Source: Flavobacteriaceae bacterium (GTDB lineage: Bacteria > Bacteroidota > Bacteroidia > Flavobacteriales > Flavobacteriaceae). From it: a stretch of DNA of 64,000 nt. The translations under genes and the position numbers were made by a program. The DNA lies in the NCBI GenBank assembly GCA_013003555.1, contig JABDIV010000056.1, positions 3,384 to 67,383 of the forward strand. Reading direction: 5' to 3'. Below are positions 10,392 through 19,801 of this stretch, in pieces. The notes beneath the pieces were generated by a model. It saw only the letters and a program-made list of their open reading frames with translations, was not told the DNA's origin and did no database searches. Within the stretch, counting starts at the first letter, position 1. The number at the start of each line of letters is the position of its first letter.

Positions 10392-11366
10392 TTATTTGAG
10401 AGCTTCGGTAATAGCATTGTCAAACAGCTCTTCGAGTGAAATACCATCGGCAGCCGCCTGCTGTGGTAGAATGCTCTCTTTTGTCAAGCCCGGAACGGTA
10501 TTGATTTCTAAGAGATGAGGTTCTTCGTTTTTAAAAATATATTCACTTCTGGAAAATCCGCTCATTCTGAGAATTTCATATACTTTTTTTGCTACGATTC
10601 TAACCTTTCGGGCCATGGAATCATCGATGCGCGCCGGGGTTATCTCCTGCGATTCTCCCAGGTATTTGGCCTTATAATCGAAGAAATCATTATCGCTTAC
10701 GATCTCGGTAATCGGAAGTACTTTTATTTCACCCCTATAGACTATTACGCCAACAGATACTTCGGTGCCATCAAGAAATTCCTCTATTAAAATCTCATCA
10801 TCTTCCTCAAATGCATGAGTAATCGCTCCTTGAAGTTCCTCTCGCTTGTAAACTTTTGTTATTCCAAAACTGCTCCCGGCTTTATTCGCTTTTACAAAAC
10901 AGGGCAAACCAACAGCATCGACAATGGCATTTTCATCAATTCGATCGCCCTGGTTCAGGTAATAACTAGACGCCATTTTAATGCCATAAGGTTTGAGGAC
11001 ACTTAGGCAATCGCGTTTATTGAAAGTAAGCGCCGCCTGGTACATATTACAACCGGTCTGGGGTAAGCCGATAAGGTGAAAATAGGACTGCATATAGCCG
11101 TCCTCTCCGGGAGATCCGTGTATCGCATTGAAGACACAATCGAAGGATATCTTTTTACCATGGAGACTTATCGAAAAATCATTTTTATCGATCGGAAACT
11201 CCTTCTCGGCTTCATTCACATAAACCCATTTGTCCTTAAAGATATGGATGCGATAAGGTTCATACTTATCACGGTTTAGACTATTAAAAACAACATTTCC
11301 ACTTTTAAGAGATATTTTATATTCACTGGAGAAACCGCCCATAATAATGGCAATCTTTAACTTCAT
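10392..11366 (-). CDS. ddl: D-alanine-D-alanine ligase
   Basis: ATP-grasp enzyme with an MGG.SSE(Y) N-terminus, HG..GEDG, and LEINTVPG near the C-terminus. Confidence 0.92.
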   Translation of the reverse strand: MKLKIAIIMGGFSSEYKISLKSGNVVFNSLNRDKYEPYRIHIFKDKWVYVNEAEKEFPIDKNDFSISLHGKKISFDCVFNAIHGSPGEDGYMQSYFHLIGLPQTGCNMYQAALTFNKRDCLSVLKPYGIKMASSYYLNQGDRIDENAIVDAVGLPCFVKANKAGSSFGITKVYKREELQGAITHAFEEDDEILIEEFLDGTEVSVGVIVYRGEIKVLPITEIVSDNDFFDYKAKYLGESQEITPARIDDSMARKVRIVAKKVYEILRMSGFSRSEYIFKNEEPHLLEINTVPGLTKESILPQQAAADGISLEELFDNAITEALK

Positions 11367-11517
11367 TTAACCCGGGATTAGTATGTTATAAATGTATAAT
11401 ATATTTGGTCTAACGAAAAACTTTTTATCATTATTGGACGTAAATAAAAAGAAAGCGAAATCAGAATTTACAACAAAATTAAAATTGTTTAGTTTTGTCA
11501 AATAATTGCCAAGGCAA

Positions 11518-12078
11518 ATGAGTTTATTAAAGTTCTTAACCAGTCGGGTGTTTTTTAAACAGTTGGGATTAGCCATTTTAGCTATTGTTGTCTTCAGTTT
11601 TTTAATGTTGAAATGGTTGAAGATTTCAACCAATCACGGACAATTTATTGAAGTGCCTGAGCTGAAAGGCAAAACTCTTGATGTTGTACAAATTGAATTG
11701 GAAGACAAGGATCTTAAAATGGTAGTCCAGGACTCGTCCAATTATAATCCAAATTATCCAAGTTTTTCGGTTATTGAGCAATTACCTCCTTCAGGATCGC
11801 TTGTAAAGGAAAACAGGAAAATTTATCTGACATTGAATCCATCAGGTTACAGAAAAGTTGCTGTTCCACAAATTATCAGGCGCACGATCAGACAGGCAAG
11901 ACCAACTCTGGAGGCTTTAGGATTTGAAGTCGGGGCGATAACTTATGCTGATGATATAGGAAAGGATGAGGTTCTTGCGATGCGACATAAGGGGCAACGA
12001 ATCACACCCGGAACTATGTTACCTAAAACTTCGAAAATAGACCTGGTACTGGGTAATGGTAAACGATCTGGCAACTGA
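11518..12078 (+). CDS. PASTA-domain membrane protein
   Basis: An N-terminal TM helix followed by two PASTA-like units of about 65 aa (VPELKGKTLD...; VPQIIRRTIRQA...). Start moved to the ATG at 11518. Confidence 0.6.
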   Translation: MSLLKFLTSRVFFKQLGLAILAIVVFSFLMLKWLKISTNHGQFIEVPELKGKTLDVVQIELEDKDLKMVVQDSSNYNPNYPSFSVIEQLPPSGSLVKENRKIYLTLNPSGYRKVAVPQIIRRTIRQARPTLEALGFEVGAITYADDIGKDEVLAMRHKGQRITPGTMLPKTSKIDLVLGNGKRSGN

Positions 12079-12083
12079 CGATC

Positions 12084-13121
12084 ATGAATATTGAAAATGA
12101 CGATCTCAACCAGGACGAATCCGATCTTTATGAGCACTACAATTTTGTTGCTGATAAGGGACAGCAACCATTACGGGTTGATAAATTCCTGATGAATTTT
12201 ATCGAAAATGCCTCCCGCAATAAAATTCAGGCGGCAGCTAAAGCTGGCAGTATATACGTAAACGGAAAGCCAGTAAAGTCCAATTACAAGGTTAAACCCT
12301 TTGATGAAATCAGGGTTATGATGGCTCATCCGCCTTATGAATTCCTGCTCGTGCCTGAAGACATTCCACTTGATATTGTATATGAAGACGATCAGCTGTT
12401 AGTGGTAAATAAGCCTGCGGGTATGGTAGTTCATCCCGGTCATGGAAATTATTCAGGGACCTTGATAAACGCCTTAACCTTTCATTTTGATAACCTACCA
12501 ACCAATTCCAACGAACGTCCCGGCCTGGTTCACCGAATCGATAAGGATACCAGCGGACTTTTGGTAGTTGCAAAGACTGAATTGGCCATGACCCATTTAG
12601 CAAAGCAGTTCTTTGATAAAACCAGTGAACGTCAATACGTGGCCCTGGTATGGGGAAATGTTGAAAATGAAGAAGGAACAATCGAAGGTAATATTGGTCG
12701 ACACCCCAAGAATCGTTTGCAAAATACCGTATTTGATGGCGATCAAGCCGATAAGGGTAAGGATGCCGTTACCCATTATAAGGTGATTGAGCGCCTTGGA
12801 TACGTCACTTTGGTAGCTTGTAAGTTAGAAACCGGTCGTACCCACCAGATTCGTGTTCATATGAAACATATTGGTCATACGTTGTTTAACGACGCCCGCT
12901 ATGGCGGTGATAAAATTCTGAAGGGCACAACCTTTACCAAATACAAGCAATTCGTCGAGAATTGTTTTAAAGTGTTGCCCAGACAGGGATTACATGCTAA
13001 AACCTTAGGGTTTGTTCATCCAGTCAGCGGAGAGTGGTTAACTTTTTCTTCAGAATTGCCAAATGATATGCACATGTGTATCGAGAAGTGGCGGCAATAT
13101 GCGAAACATCAGTCAACATAA
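12084..13121 (+). CDS. rluD: RluA-family 23S rRNA pseudouridine synthase (RluD-like)
   Basis: S4 domain (RVDKFL...) plus the catalytic motif HRIDKDTSGLLVVAK and TGRTHQIRVH. Confidence 0.88.
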   Translation: MNIENDDLNQDESDLYEHYNFVADKGQQPLRVDKFLMNFIENASRNKIQAAAKAGSIYVNGKPVKSNYKVKPFDEIRVMMAHPPYEFLLVPEDIPLDIVYEDDQLLVVNKPAGMVVHPGHGNYSGTLINALTFHFDNLPTNSNERPGLVHRIDKDTSGLLVVAKTELAMTHLAKQFFDKTSERQYVALVWGNVENEEGTIEGNIGRHPKNRLQNTVFDGDQADKGKDAVTHYKVIERLGYVTLVACKLETGRTHQIRVHMKHIGHTLFNDARYGGDKILKGTTFTKYKQFVENCFKVLPRQGLHAKTLGFVHPVSGEWLTFSSELPNDMHMCIEKWRQYAKHQST

Positions 13122-14017
13122 TAAGCGAAACTGAATTTCAAAATTCCGAATTCTCCATTGGTAATTCTTGTAGCCTTGACCGGATAATTGAAGGCGTTAT
13201 ATTCGTAGCTAAATGCGTGTGTAGTCGATTGGCCGATATAGCTTACAATGTTTTGGTTTAGAACATTGTTAGGAGCTCGACGGGAAATGTTCTCAATAAA
13301 GGTATCCTGTTCGAAAAAGGAGAGATACCAGGCCTCCATCCAATCAAATTGTTGACTGTTTGTCAAGGGGTTACGGCCATCATCAAATTGCTGCTGAACG
13401 CGATGGTCAAACCTCATCATATCGTTGAAGGGATCATAAACGAAATGTTCCTCCTCGATAATATTTCCACGGGGATCATATTCAAATTGATACTGGTGGC
13501 GCAACTGGCCTCCTCCATCATAAGAACGAACTTCTTGCAATGTCTGAAGTGATTCGTCGGAAAAAATGAAAAATGATGTTGAATGATACTGATCATTTAT
13601 AAATCTGAGGGTTTGAACTTCATTAGAATTGTAAAGGAATCGCATATTTACGGTATCACCGTTCGTAAACCCATCTTGTTCACCAAGTCGGCCGGCTTCA
13701 TATTGAAATTGATAGGAGGCTGAGGAAGGGATTTCATAATTTATTGTTGCTAATTGACCATCACTGTTGTAGGTAAACGACCTGAAAAGGTCCATATGAT
13801 CAATGGACGTATAATTACTTGGTCTGCCGTATTGATCAAACATCATGATGTATCCCGATTCGGGGATATCTACTTTTTCAACCGTAATTGAACGCAGGAC
13901 CTGTTCGGAATCTTCTAAACTATTGAAAACTGTTGTTTCAGTTGAACACCCTGATAAAAGGATAATCAAAGTCAGGAACAAATACAACGAATTTGGTCGC
14001 ATAGGAAAGAAGATCAA
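13109..14017 (-). CDS. Hypothetical lipoprotein, beta-rich and YD-repeat-like
   Basis: Lipobox LLSGC, then Y/D/G/N-rich repeats (FTYNSDGQLATINYE, YEYNAFNYPV). No confident family. 13-nt convergent overlap with rluD. Confidence 0.5.
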   Translation of the reverse strand: MIFFPMRPNSLYLFLTLIILLSGCSTETTVFNSLEDSEQVLRSITVEKVDIPESGYIMMFDQYGRPSNYTSIDHMDLFRSFTYNSDGQLATINYEIPSSASYQFQYEAGRLGEQDGFTNGDTVNMRFLYNSNEVQTLRFINDQYHSTSFFIFSDESLQTLQEVRSYDGGGQLRHQYQFEYDPRGNIIEEEHFVYDPFNDMMRFDHRVQQQFDDGRNPLTNSQQFDWMEAWYLSFFEQDTFIENISRRAPNNVLNQNIVSYIGQSTTHAFSYEYNAFNYPVKATRITNGEFGILKFSFAYYVD

Positions 14018-14164
14018 TTGTCTATTAGATGGCTGAAACTCCCAAAGGTTGCGTTAAGATAGTTTAAAATAGAGAAAGACTATTGGACATAAAGAAAAAA
14101 TAACAGAAACCGATTTAGATTCCTCATGGGAATTGTAATTTTGAAGGAACAATAAGCAAAGACT

Positions 14165-14923
14165 ATGAAACTTGTTATTTCCCCTGCCAAATCACTTGAT
14201 TTTGAATCGGAATTACCCACCGATCGATATACCGAAGCCTGTTTTTTAACTGAAGCGGAGCGATTAAATCGCATGCTTAGAAAGAAATCTGTAAGAAGTC
14301 TGAAGAAACTTCAGGACATTTCAGATGATTTAGCTCAGCTCAACTACGAACGTAATCAGGATTGGGCAGTTCCATTTGACTCATCGAAGTCCAGACCTGC
14401 AATTTATGCTTTCAATGGTGATGTGTACCGCGGTTTGGATGCTTATGGTTTACCAAAAGAAAAATTGGATTCTCTTCAAAATACGGTGCGAATCATTTCA
14501 GGCTTGTACGGACTCTTAAAACCACTTGATCTCATCCTGCCATATCGCCTTGAAATGGGAACGCGCTTTCCGGTAGGCAAGAACAAAAACCTCTATGAAT
14601 ACTGGAGGAAAAAAATCACCCAAACGTTAAATGATGAATTAGAGGAGGATGAATTGTTCCTGAACCTCGCAAGTAATGAATACTTTAAGGCCATAGATAA
14701 AAAAGCGCTTAAGGTCCCTGTATATTCGATTCAGTTTAAAGAATTTAAAAATGGGAAATATATGTCCATCGGGTTTTTTGCAAAATATGCAAGGGGTCTT
14801 ATGACGCGTTACATCGTCGAGACAAATGCCAAAACTCTCGATGATATCAAAGGGTTTAATTACGAGGGCTACGGCTTTAGTGACGATTTATCAAAAAATT
14901 TCGAACTCGTATTTACGAGATAA
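14165..14923 (+). CDS. yaaA: Peroxide stress protein YaaA (UPF0246)
   Basis: MKLVISPAKSLDF N-terminus, with overall length and pattern typical of YaaA. Confidence 0.85.
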   Translation: MKLVISPAKSLDFESELPTDRYTEACFLTEAERLNRMLRKKSVRSLKKLQDISDDLAQLNYERNQDWAVPFDSSKSRPAIYAFNGDVYRGLDAYGLPKEKLDSLQNTVRIISGLYGLLKPLDLILPYRLEMGTRFPVGKNKNLYEYWRKKITQTLNDELEEDELFLNLASNEYFKAIDKKALKVPVYSIQFKEFKNGKYMSIGFFAKYARGLMTRYIVETNAKTLDDIKGFNYEGYGFSDDLSKNFELVFTR

Positions 14924-14928
14924 AAAAA

Positions 14929-14945
14929 ACCCGGATTAACCGGGT
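14929..14945. terminator. Bidirectional hairpin between yaaA and the THX gene
   Basis: ACCCGG-attaa-CCGGGT stem-loop. On the minus strand it is followed by eight T, making a strong terminator for the THX gene. It is weaker on the plus strand. Confidence 0.7.
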
Positions 14946-14949
14946 ATTT

Positions 14950-15324
14950 CTATTCTTTTTTTTCGCTTTTAGCTTCTTCCTTATCAGCTGCTGGCTTGGC
15001 CTTGGCCTTCGCCGTTGACTTGGTTTCTGGCTTTGCCGTTGCCTTGGTCTCTGCTTTGGCCGTTGCCTTGGTCTCTGCCTTAGCCGTTGCCTTGGTTTCT
15101 GCCTTCACCGTTGCCTTGGTTTCAGCCTTCCCCGTTGCCTTGGTTTCAGTCTTAGGGGCGGCCGTGGGTTTAGGTTTGGCAGCAGCTTTGGGTTTTGCTT
15201 TGGTCGCGGTTTTCTTTTTTGGTTTGGCCGCCACTATAGTTGCATTTTTTTTCCTGGGACGTCTAACGCCATACGAGCGGTTAGCGATCTTTCCTCGTTT
15301 AGTTTTTTTATCTCCTTTTCCCAT
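14950..15324 (-). CDS. 30S ribosomal protein THX fused to a Lys/Ala/Thr-rich histone-H1-like repeat tail
   Basis: The N-terminus MGKGDKKTKRGKIANRSYGVRRPRKKN matches the THX peptide (Thermus: [26 protein letters not shown]). The remaining ~95 aa are KPK/AAKPK plus six ETKATAKA-type octads. Confidence 0.75.
   Translation of the reverse strand: MGKGDKKTKRGKIANRSYGVRRPRKKNATIVAAKPKKKTATKAKPKAAAKPKPTAAPKTETKATGKAETKATVKAETKATAKAETKATAKAETKATAKPETKSTAKAKAKPAADKEEAKSEKKE
15011..15154. repeat. 6 x 24-bp in-frame tandem repeat (GCCGTTGCCTTGGTYTCWGCYTTN) inside the THX gene
   Basis: Read directly. Units start at 15011, 15035, 15059, 15083, 15107 and 15131, with 1-5 substitutions each. Confidence 0.9.
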
Positions 15325-15419
15325 ACGATGGTCATTTTTCGATTAGATCATTAAAAGTACTGTTTTTTTGATTAACAGGTGTTGATTTTGTAAATTACAA
15401 AAACTAAGAAAAGTAGAAA

Positions 15420-16088
15420 ATGAGAGTTGATTTAATGATGTTGACCTTTCTTTGTCTGATATGTTCAAGCCTGCTGCATAGTCAGACCAAACTATTAGGC
15501 AAGGTTATGAATTTTAATGATCAACCTGTCGCTGATGCGGTGGTTTTCCTTGACGGGAAAAAAACCGAAGCCGTATCGAACAGCCGTGGTTTTTTTGAGG
15601 TTATGGTCCCTGAAGGTGTAAAACAAATAAATATCATCTCAAAGAAATACGGTTTACTTTCAACGGCATACAATGGAAATGCCAAAATGAATTTTGTTTA
15701 TTTGAATTATGAACCGGAGCCCGAAGAAATAGAAAAGGCCAGTATAGGATATGGTGATGTTGCACGTAAGGATTTGACTTATAGTATTCAGGAGTTAGAA
15801 ATCGGTGATCGGGACCAGGTAAAAGGATTCAATACGATTTATGACCTTATTCGAGCGCGTGTTCCGGGTGTTTTGGTAACCGATGGCAATCGAATTTATA
15901 TCCGGGGATCGGGTTCGGTCGGGTCTTATTCCGACCCACTTTTTGTGGTTAATGGGACTATCGTCCCGGCCATAGATTACATTTTACCTTCGGAGGTGAA
16001 GGGAATTGATATACTCAAGGATGCGGCTACCTCTATCTATGGATCAAGGGGAGCGAATGGCGTTATTATAATTACCTTAAAGGATTGA
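15420..16088 (+). CDS. Stand-alone CarboxypepD_reg-like plus start-of-Plug protein (SusC/TonB-receptor N-terminal region only)
   Basis: Signal peptide, then GKVMNFNDQPVADAVVFLDG (carboxypeptidase-regulatory-like fold). It ends with DAATSIYGSRGANGVIIITLKD, the motif that opens the plug in SusC-like receptors. No barrel follows. Confidence 0.6.
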   Translation: MRVDLMMLTFLCLICSSLLHSQTKLLGKVMNFNDQPVADAVVFLDGKKTEAVSNSRGFFEVMVPEGVKQINIISKKYGLLSTAYNGNAKMNFVYLNYEPEPEEIEKASIGYGDVARKDLTYSIQELEIGDRDQVKGFNTIYDLIRARVPGVLVTDGNRIYIRGSGSVGSYSDPLFVVNGTIVPAIDYILPSEVKGIDILKDAATSIYGSRGANGVIIITLKD

Positions 16089-16094
16089 TTTAAA

Positions 16095-16748
16095 TTGTTT
16101 GTTCATAAACATCCTTATCCGCCTCTCATTCAAAAAGATACCAGGAAATTAATCGTTGGAACACTTCCACCACCGCGATTTTCAACAGGCGAACTGATCG
16201 AATCGGATGTCGATTTTTGTTATGGTAGTTCTTATAATTCGTTATGGCGATATATCGATCGCATTCATTCACTAAACCTGCGTTATGATAATTCGAATAA
16301 AGCTATCGAACAACGGAAACGATATTTAATTGAAAACCAGATCGGGATTTTCGATATCGTTCAGCAATGCACAAGGCAAAAAATCGATGCCTCCGACCTC
16401 GGCATGAAAGATGTTATTTTGCGAGATTTAATAGGTTCACTTGCCAATTATCCGTCGGTTGAGATGCTTTTGTTTATCGGTGGAAAATCTAAAAACGGTC
16501 CTGAATATTTTTTCAGGCAGCAGGCGCGTTCATATGGTATTCCCTTAAAAGTAATCTCACCGAAAACACCCAGACAACACCTGTTATACATCGATGACCG
16601 ACCCGTTGAGACGGTGTCTTTGACATCATCTTCTGGGGCAGCAAATATCAGTATTGGAAGCAATCCGGAATACAAAAAATTGAAGGCTGAGAATCCTGAT
16701 TTCAACCCTTTTGATTTTCGCATCCGTCAGTATAGTGCCTTTTTATAA
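16095..16748 (+). CDS. Uracil-DNA glycosylase superfamily protein (family uncertain)
   Basis: TTG start. KLIVGTLPPPRF resembles the UDG motif A region, and VSLTSSSGAAN resembles the motif B region of hypoxanthine/uracil glycosylases. Assignment is from memory of flavobacterial homologues. Confidence 0.4.
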   Translation: MFVHKHPYPPLIQKDTRKLIVGTLPPPRFSTGELIESDVDFCYGSSYNSLWRYIDRIHSLNLRYDNSNKAIEQRKRYLIENQIGIFDIVQQCTRQKIDASDLGMKDVILRDLIGSLANYPSVEMLLFIGGKSKNGPEYFFRQQARSYGIPLKVISPKTPRQHLLYIDDRPVETVSLTSSSGAANISIGSNPEYKKLKAENPDFNPFDFRIRQYSAFL

Positions 16749-16846
16749 GAAGTCATAACTTTTGACCTGATGAATCAGAATGCATGAAAATATAGTTATC
16801 TGTATGAACATGGACTCTGATTAGTTCCGTTTTAATTCTGATTTTA

Positions 16847-17380
16847 TTAAGGAGATCGATGATCGTAGCTGTAAATACGGCTCATCTTCCATTCGCCCTG
16901 CTTTAAGATCCATAAGGTTGTATATTTTGCAGAGCTTGTAAGGTATTCAGGTTTATCATTTGGTTCTTTCGCGAAAAAACGATGTTCGCCTGTTAAAATA
17001 GCCGCGTATAATTCACCATTGTTATACATCGGAAATACTCTAATACTGCCTTCTGTCAATTCGCGCCTCGCCTTGTAGGATAAATTGCCCAGGCCTTTCA
17101 TACCGTTAATAAAATCGGTTTTGGTATAGGTGGCACCAGCCTGATCATGATAGAATTCAATGTCCTCTGTTGCTAATTCATTCAGGATGCTAAAATCGAG
17201 TTGATTGTATGATAATTCAAACATCAAACTGTCTTTTGCCTTTAATTCATGATAAAGGGCTGAATCAACCTGATCATTCTTCAATATATCAATACGACCG
17301 TGTATCGGTTCTTGTTCCGATTGTTTGCAACCTGGAATGACTAGAATCAGGAAAATTACTAAGAAAATTAATCTGAACAT
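16847..17380 (-). CDS. NTF2-like (DUF4440/SnoaL-type) lipoprotein
   Basis: Lipobox VIPGC. The size and the C-terminal WILKQGEWKMSRIYSY are typical of NTF2-fold proteins. Confidence 0.4.
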   Translation of the reverse strand: MFRLIFLVIFLILVIPGCKQSEQEPIHGRIDILKNDQVDSALYHELKAKDSLMFELSYNQLDFSILNELATEDIEFYHDQAGATYTKTDFINGMKGLGNLSYKARRELTEGSIRVFPMYNNGELYAAILTGEHRFFAKEPNDKPEYLTSSAKYTTLWILKQGEWKMSRIYSYDHRSP

Positions 17381-17440
17381 TCTTTCATGATATATGGAAT
17401 AACTATTTTGGGATCAATATAATTCTGCCGGCTTAAGCTA

Positions 17441-18274
17441 TTAATTCGTTTTTGAAAACAACCATTTCATCAAGCCCGGTTCAGCGAATGCATTAGTCCA
17501 GCTGTCATGTCCAACCCCGGGATATACGGTTAGTTTGACGTCGGTATTTTTAGCTTTTAAAGCCTGATAAATCTGTTCAGATGATATTAAAGGTACAACC
17601 CGATCGTCTGCGCCATGAAATATCCACCAACTGGTTCGTCTCAATCGTCTTGCAAGTTGAGGGTGTGCACCGCCGCATATCGGAAAGGCAGCCGCGAATA
17701 CCCTCGGATTTCGTTTAACCAGTTCAAATGTCCCCATTCCACCCATCGACAATCCGCCGACGTACATTCTTTCCTTATCGATATTATACTGCTTTTTTAA
17801 GGCTTCTATTAATCCTTCCAGGAGATCGAGATGTATATTTTTAGAGTGTTTGGTCGGGAAAATAAATTTGGGATCATCAGCTTCTAAGTCATATTCAACA
17901 TTATTCCAGGACATACCGGTTTTACATTGAGGAAATACAACAATTGACCGATACTTATCCCTGATGCTATCGCTCATAAAAAAATCACCTCCATGCTTCA
18001 TTTGAAGCGTATTATCAGAACCTCGTTCACCAGCTCCGTGCAGGAACAAAATTAGGGGGTAAACCTTAGTCGATTGAAAATCTTTTGGTAATAGGATACG
18101 ATACGGCAAGGTATCCTGATTTTGAATGAATAGCTCTTTTTTATAGGAATCAAATTCTTGGGCATACATATTGCTCAGCGAAGTGCTTAGGGACAGTGCA
18201 ATAAGCAGTATGTATTTAAATTTTTGAAGTTTCACGGGCATTAATATTTGGTTGGTATTAATCGAAAGATACAT
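17441..18274 (-). CDS. Secreted alpha/beta hydrolase (carboxylesterase/phospholipase family)
   Basis: Nucleophile elbow GLSMGG, and HGADDRVVP plus GVGHDSW for the Asp/His of the triad. An alternative start is at 18241 (MPVKLQKF...). Confidence 0.7.
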   Translation of the reverse strand: MYLSINTNQILMPVKLQKFKYILLIALSLSTSLSNMYAQEFDSYKKELFIQNQDTLPYRILLPKDFQSTKVYPLILFLHGAGERGSDNTLQMKHGGDFFMSDSIRDKYRSIVVFPQCKTGMSWNNVEYDLEADDPKFIFPTKHSKNIHLDLLEGLIEALKKQYNIDKERMYVGGLSMGGMGTFELVKRNPRVFAAAFPICGGAHPQLARRLRRTSWWIFHGADDRVVPLISSEQIYQALKAKNTDVKLTVYPGVGHDSWTNAFAEPGLMKWLFSKTN

Positions 18275-19005
18275 TATTTAACGTCGTAAGTGAGTTTCAT
18301 GGTAATGGATGCCGTTTTTTCTTTTGAACTTGTATTATAAGCACCACCCCAGGAGTAGTCCTCGTTAGAATTTTGCCCAGTAATCTGAAAAATTCCCATT
18401 TTGGCAGTTAGGAGATTTCCCAGCCTTGCTCCCGAATTGGTTGCGATTCGTTCGGCGCGCAATCGGGCATTTTCGGTCGCTCTTGAAATCATTTCAATCT
18501 TGAGATCATCAAGCTTGGTATAATAATAGCGTGGCGATAACGAATAAAGTTGAATACCCTTATTCAATAATTCGGTTACTTCACGTGAAATTTTTTCGAC
18601 CTGTTGAACCGCTTTAGAGTCGATCTGAACGCTTTGACTAAGCGTGTAACCGGTAAATTCTTCACCCATATATTGTCCGGTGGAAGAATAATTCTGCTTC
18701 ATATTCTTTTGCGTACTCACAGCATTGAAAACAACCACAGAATCGGTAATTCCTTTGGCTTTCAGGTAGTCCTGGATTGCTTTTTTATCCCGTTCAAGAT
18801 CAGCATATGCCTGTTTTAAATCTCTGTCAACCCGGGTGAATCGTGCTTCCCAAACAATAAGATCGGAAGTGAAGTTGGTTTGCCCCAATCCCGTAACAGC
18901 AATCGTTCCGGCTTGCTTATTGCGATTGATAACAGCATTTCCCAAGATAAATGATGACCCAACTATGGCAAGTCCGAAAATGATAGCAGTGAGGTTTTGT
19001 TTCAT
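18274..19005 (-). CDS. SIMPL-domain (DUF541) periplasmic protein
   Basis: 243 aa with an N-terminal TM/signal and the SIMPL pattern (RAERIATNSGARLGNLL ... ITMKLTY). Confidence 0.7.
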   Translation of the reverse strand: MKQNLTAIIFGLAIVGSSFILGNAVINRNKQAGTIAVTGLGQTNFTSDLIVWEARFTRVDRDLKQAYADLERDKKAIQDYLKAKGITDSVVVFNAVSTQKNMKQNYSSTGQYMGEEFTGYTLSQSVQIDSKAVQQVEKISREVTELLNKGIQLYSLSPRYYYTKLDDLKIEMISRATENARLRAERIATNSGARLGNLLTAKMGIFQITGQNSNEDYSWGGAYNTSSKEKTASITMKLTYDVK

Positions 19006-19033
19006 AAAAAAGAAATAAATTTTAAATTAAAAC

Positions 19034-19801
19034 TTATCGAATCGAGCTAACAAAGCGATTGATTTCAGAAATCGGATTCATACTGATAAATTTGATGAAC
19101 GCACTTCCTATAATGGCCCCTTTTGCATACCGGGTAGCATCCTTAAATGTCTCTTTATTGCTTATTCCAAATCCCACAATCTGAGGGTTGTTAAGTCGCA
19201 TACTTGATATACGTCGGAAATAATTCATCTGGACGTCACCGAAGCCTGACTGTGTACCAGTGGTACTCGCACTGCTGACCATATAAATGAAAGCATTCGA
19301 CACCGAGTCGATAAATTGTATTCTTTCATCACTTGTTTGAGGGGTAATCAGAAAAACATTGATCAGGCCATATTCTTCAAAGATATGCTGATATTTTTCG
19401 TGATAGACATCTACAGGAAGATCGGGAATGATTAATCCGTCTATCCCAACTTCAGCACATTTTCGGCAAAATGCCTCAACGCCATATTGAAGAATTGGGT
19501 TAAAATATCCCATAATGATCAGTGGGATATGAACCGTTTTACGTATATCCAGCAACTGGTCAAACAATAATGCAGTGGTCATGCCATTATTAAGTGCCTG
19601 GGTTGAACTCGCCTGAATGGTTGGTCCGTCAGCCAGTGGATCACTAAACGGAAGTCCGATCTCGATCATATCGACACCGCTTGATTCCAATTTTTGAATG
19701 ATTGGAACAGTATCATCTATATTGGGATAGCCTGCAGTAAAATAGATCGATAATATCTTTCGATCCTCAGAGAGATTTTGGTTGATTCTATTCACGATCA
19801 A
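19034..19801 (-). CDS. trpA: Tryptophan synthase alpha chain
   Basis: [18 protein letters not shown] motif. Last gene of the operon. Confidence 0.95.
   Translation of the reverse strand: MIVNRINQNLSEDRKILSIYFTAGYPNIDDTVPIIQKLESSGVDMIEIGLPFSDPLADGPTIQASSTQALNNGMTTALLFDQLLDIRKTVHIPLIIMGYFNPILQYGVEAFCRKCAEVGIDGLIIPDLPVDVYHEKYQHIFEEYGLINVFLITPQTSDERIQFIDSVSNAFIYMVSSASTTGTQSGFGDVQMNYFRRISSMRLNNPQIVGFGISNKETFKDATRYAKGAIIGSAFIKFISMNPISEINRFVSSIR

Noticed and set aside
11367-11633. 88-aa minus-strand ORF spanning the ddl / PASTA-gene intergenic region
   Set aside because: It overlaps the 5' end of the PASTA gene and the promoter gap. The sequence is AT-rich and low-complexity (N/K/F-rich), with no motif.
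12316-12681. 121-aa minus-strand ORF inside rluD
   Set aside because: It is antisense to a gene with the catalytic HRIDKDTSG motif. It is a shadow ORF.
14996-15346. 116-aa plus-strand ORF (ALVSALAVALVS repeats) opposite the THX gene
   Set aside because: It is the mirror image of the 24-bp tandem repeat. The minus-strand frame carries the diagnostic THX peptide, a proper ATG and a terminator, so the plus-strand ORF is an artefact of repeat periodicity.
15386-15402. 17-bp inverted repeat TTTTGTAA-A-TTACAAAA upstream of the plug-domain gene
   Set aside because: It is pure A/T sequence in an AT-rich promoter region. Such palindromes arise easily by chance, and no regulator gene is adjacent.
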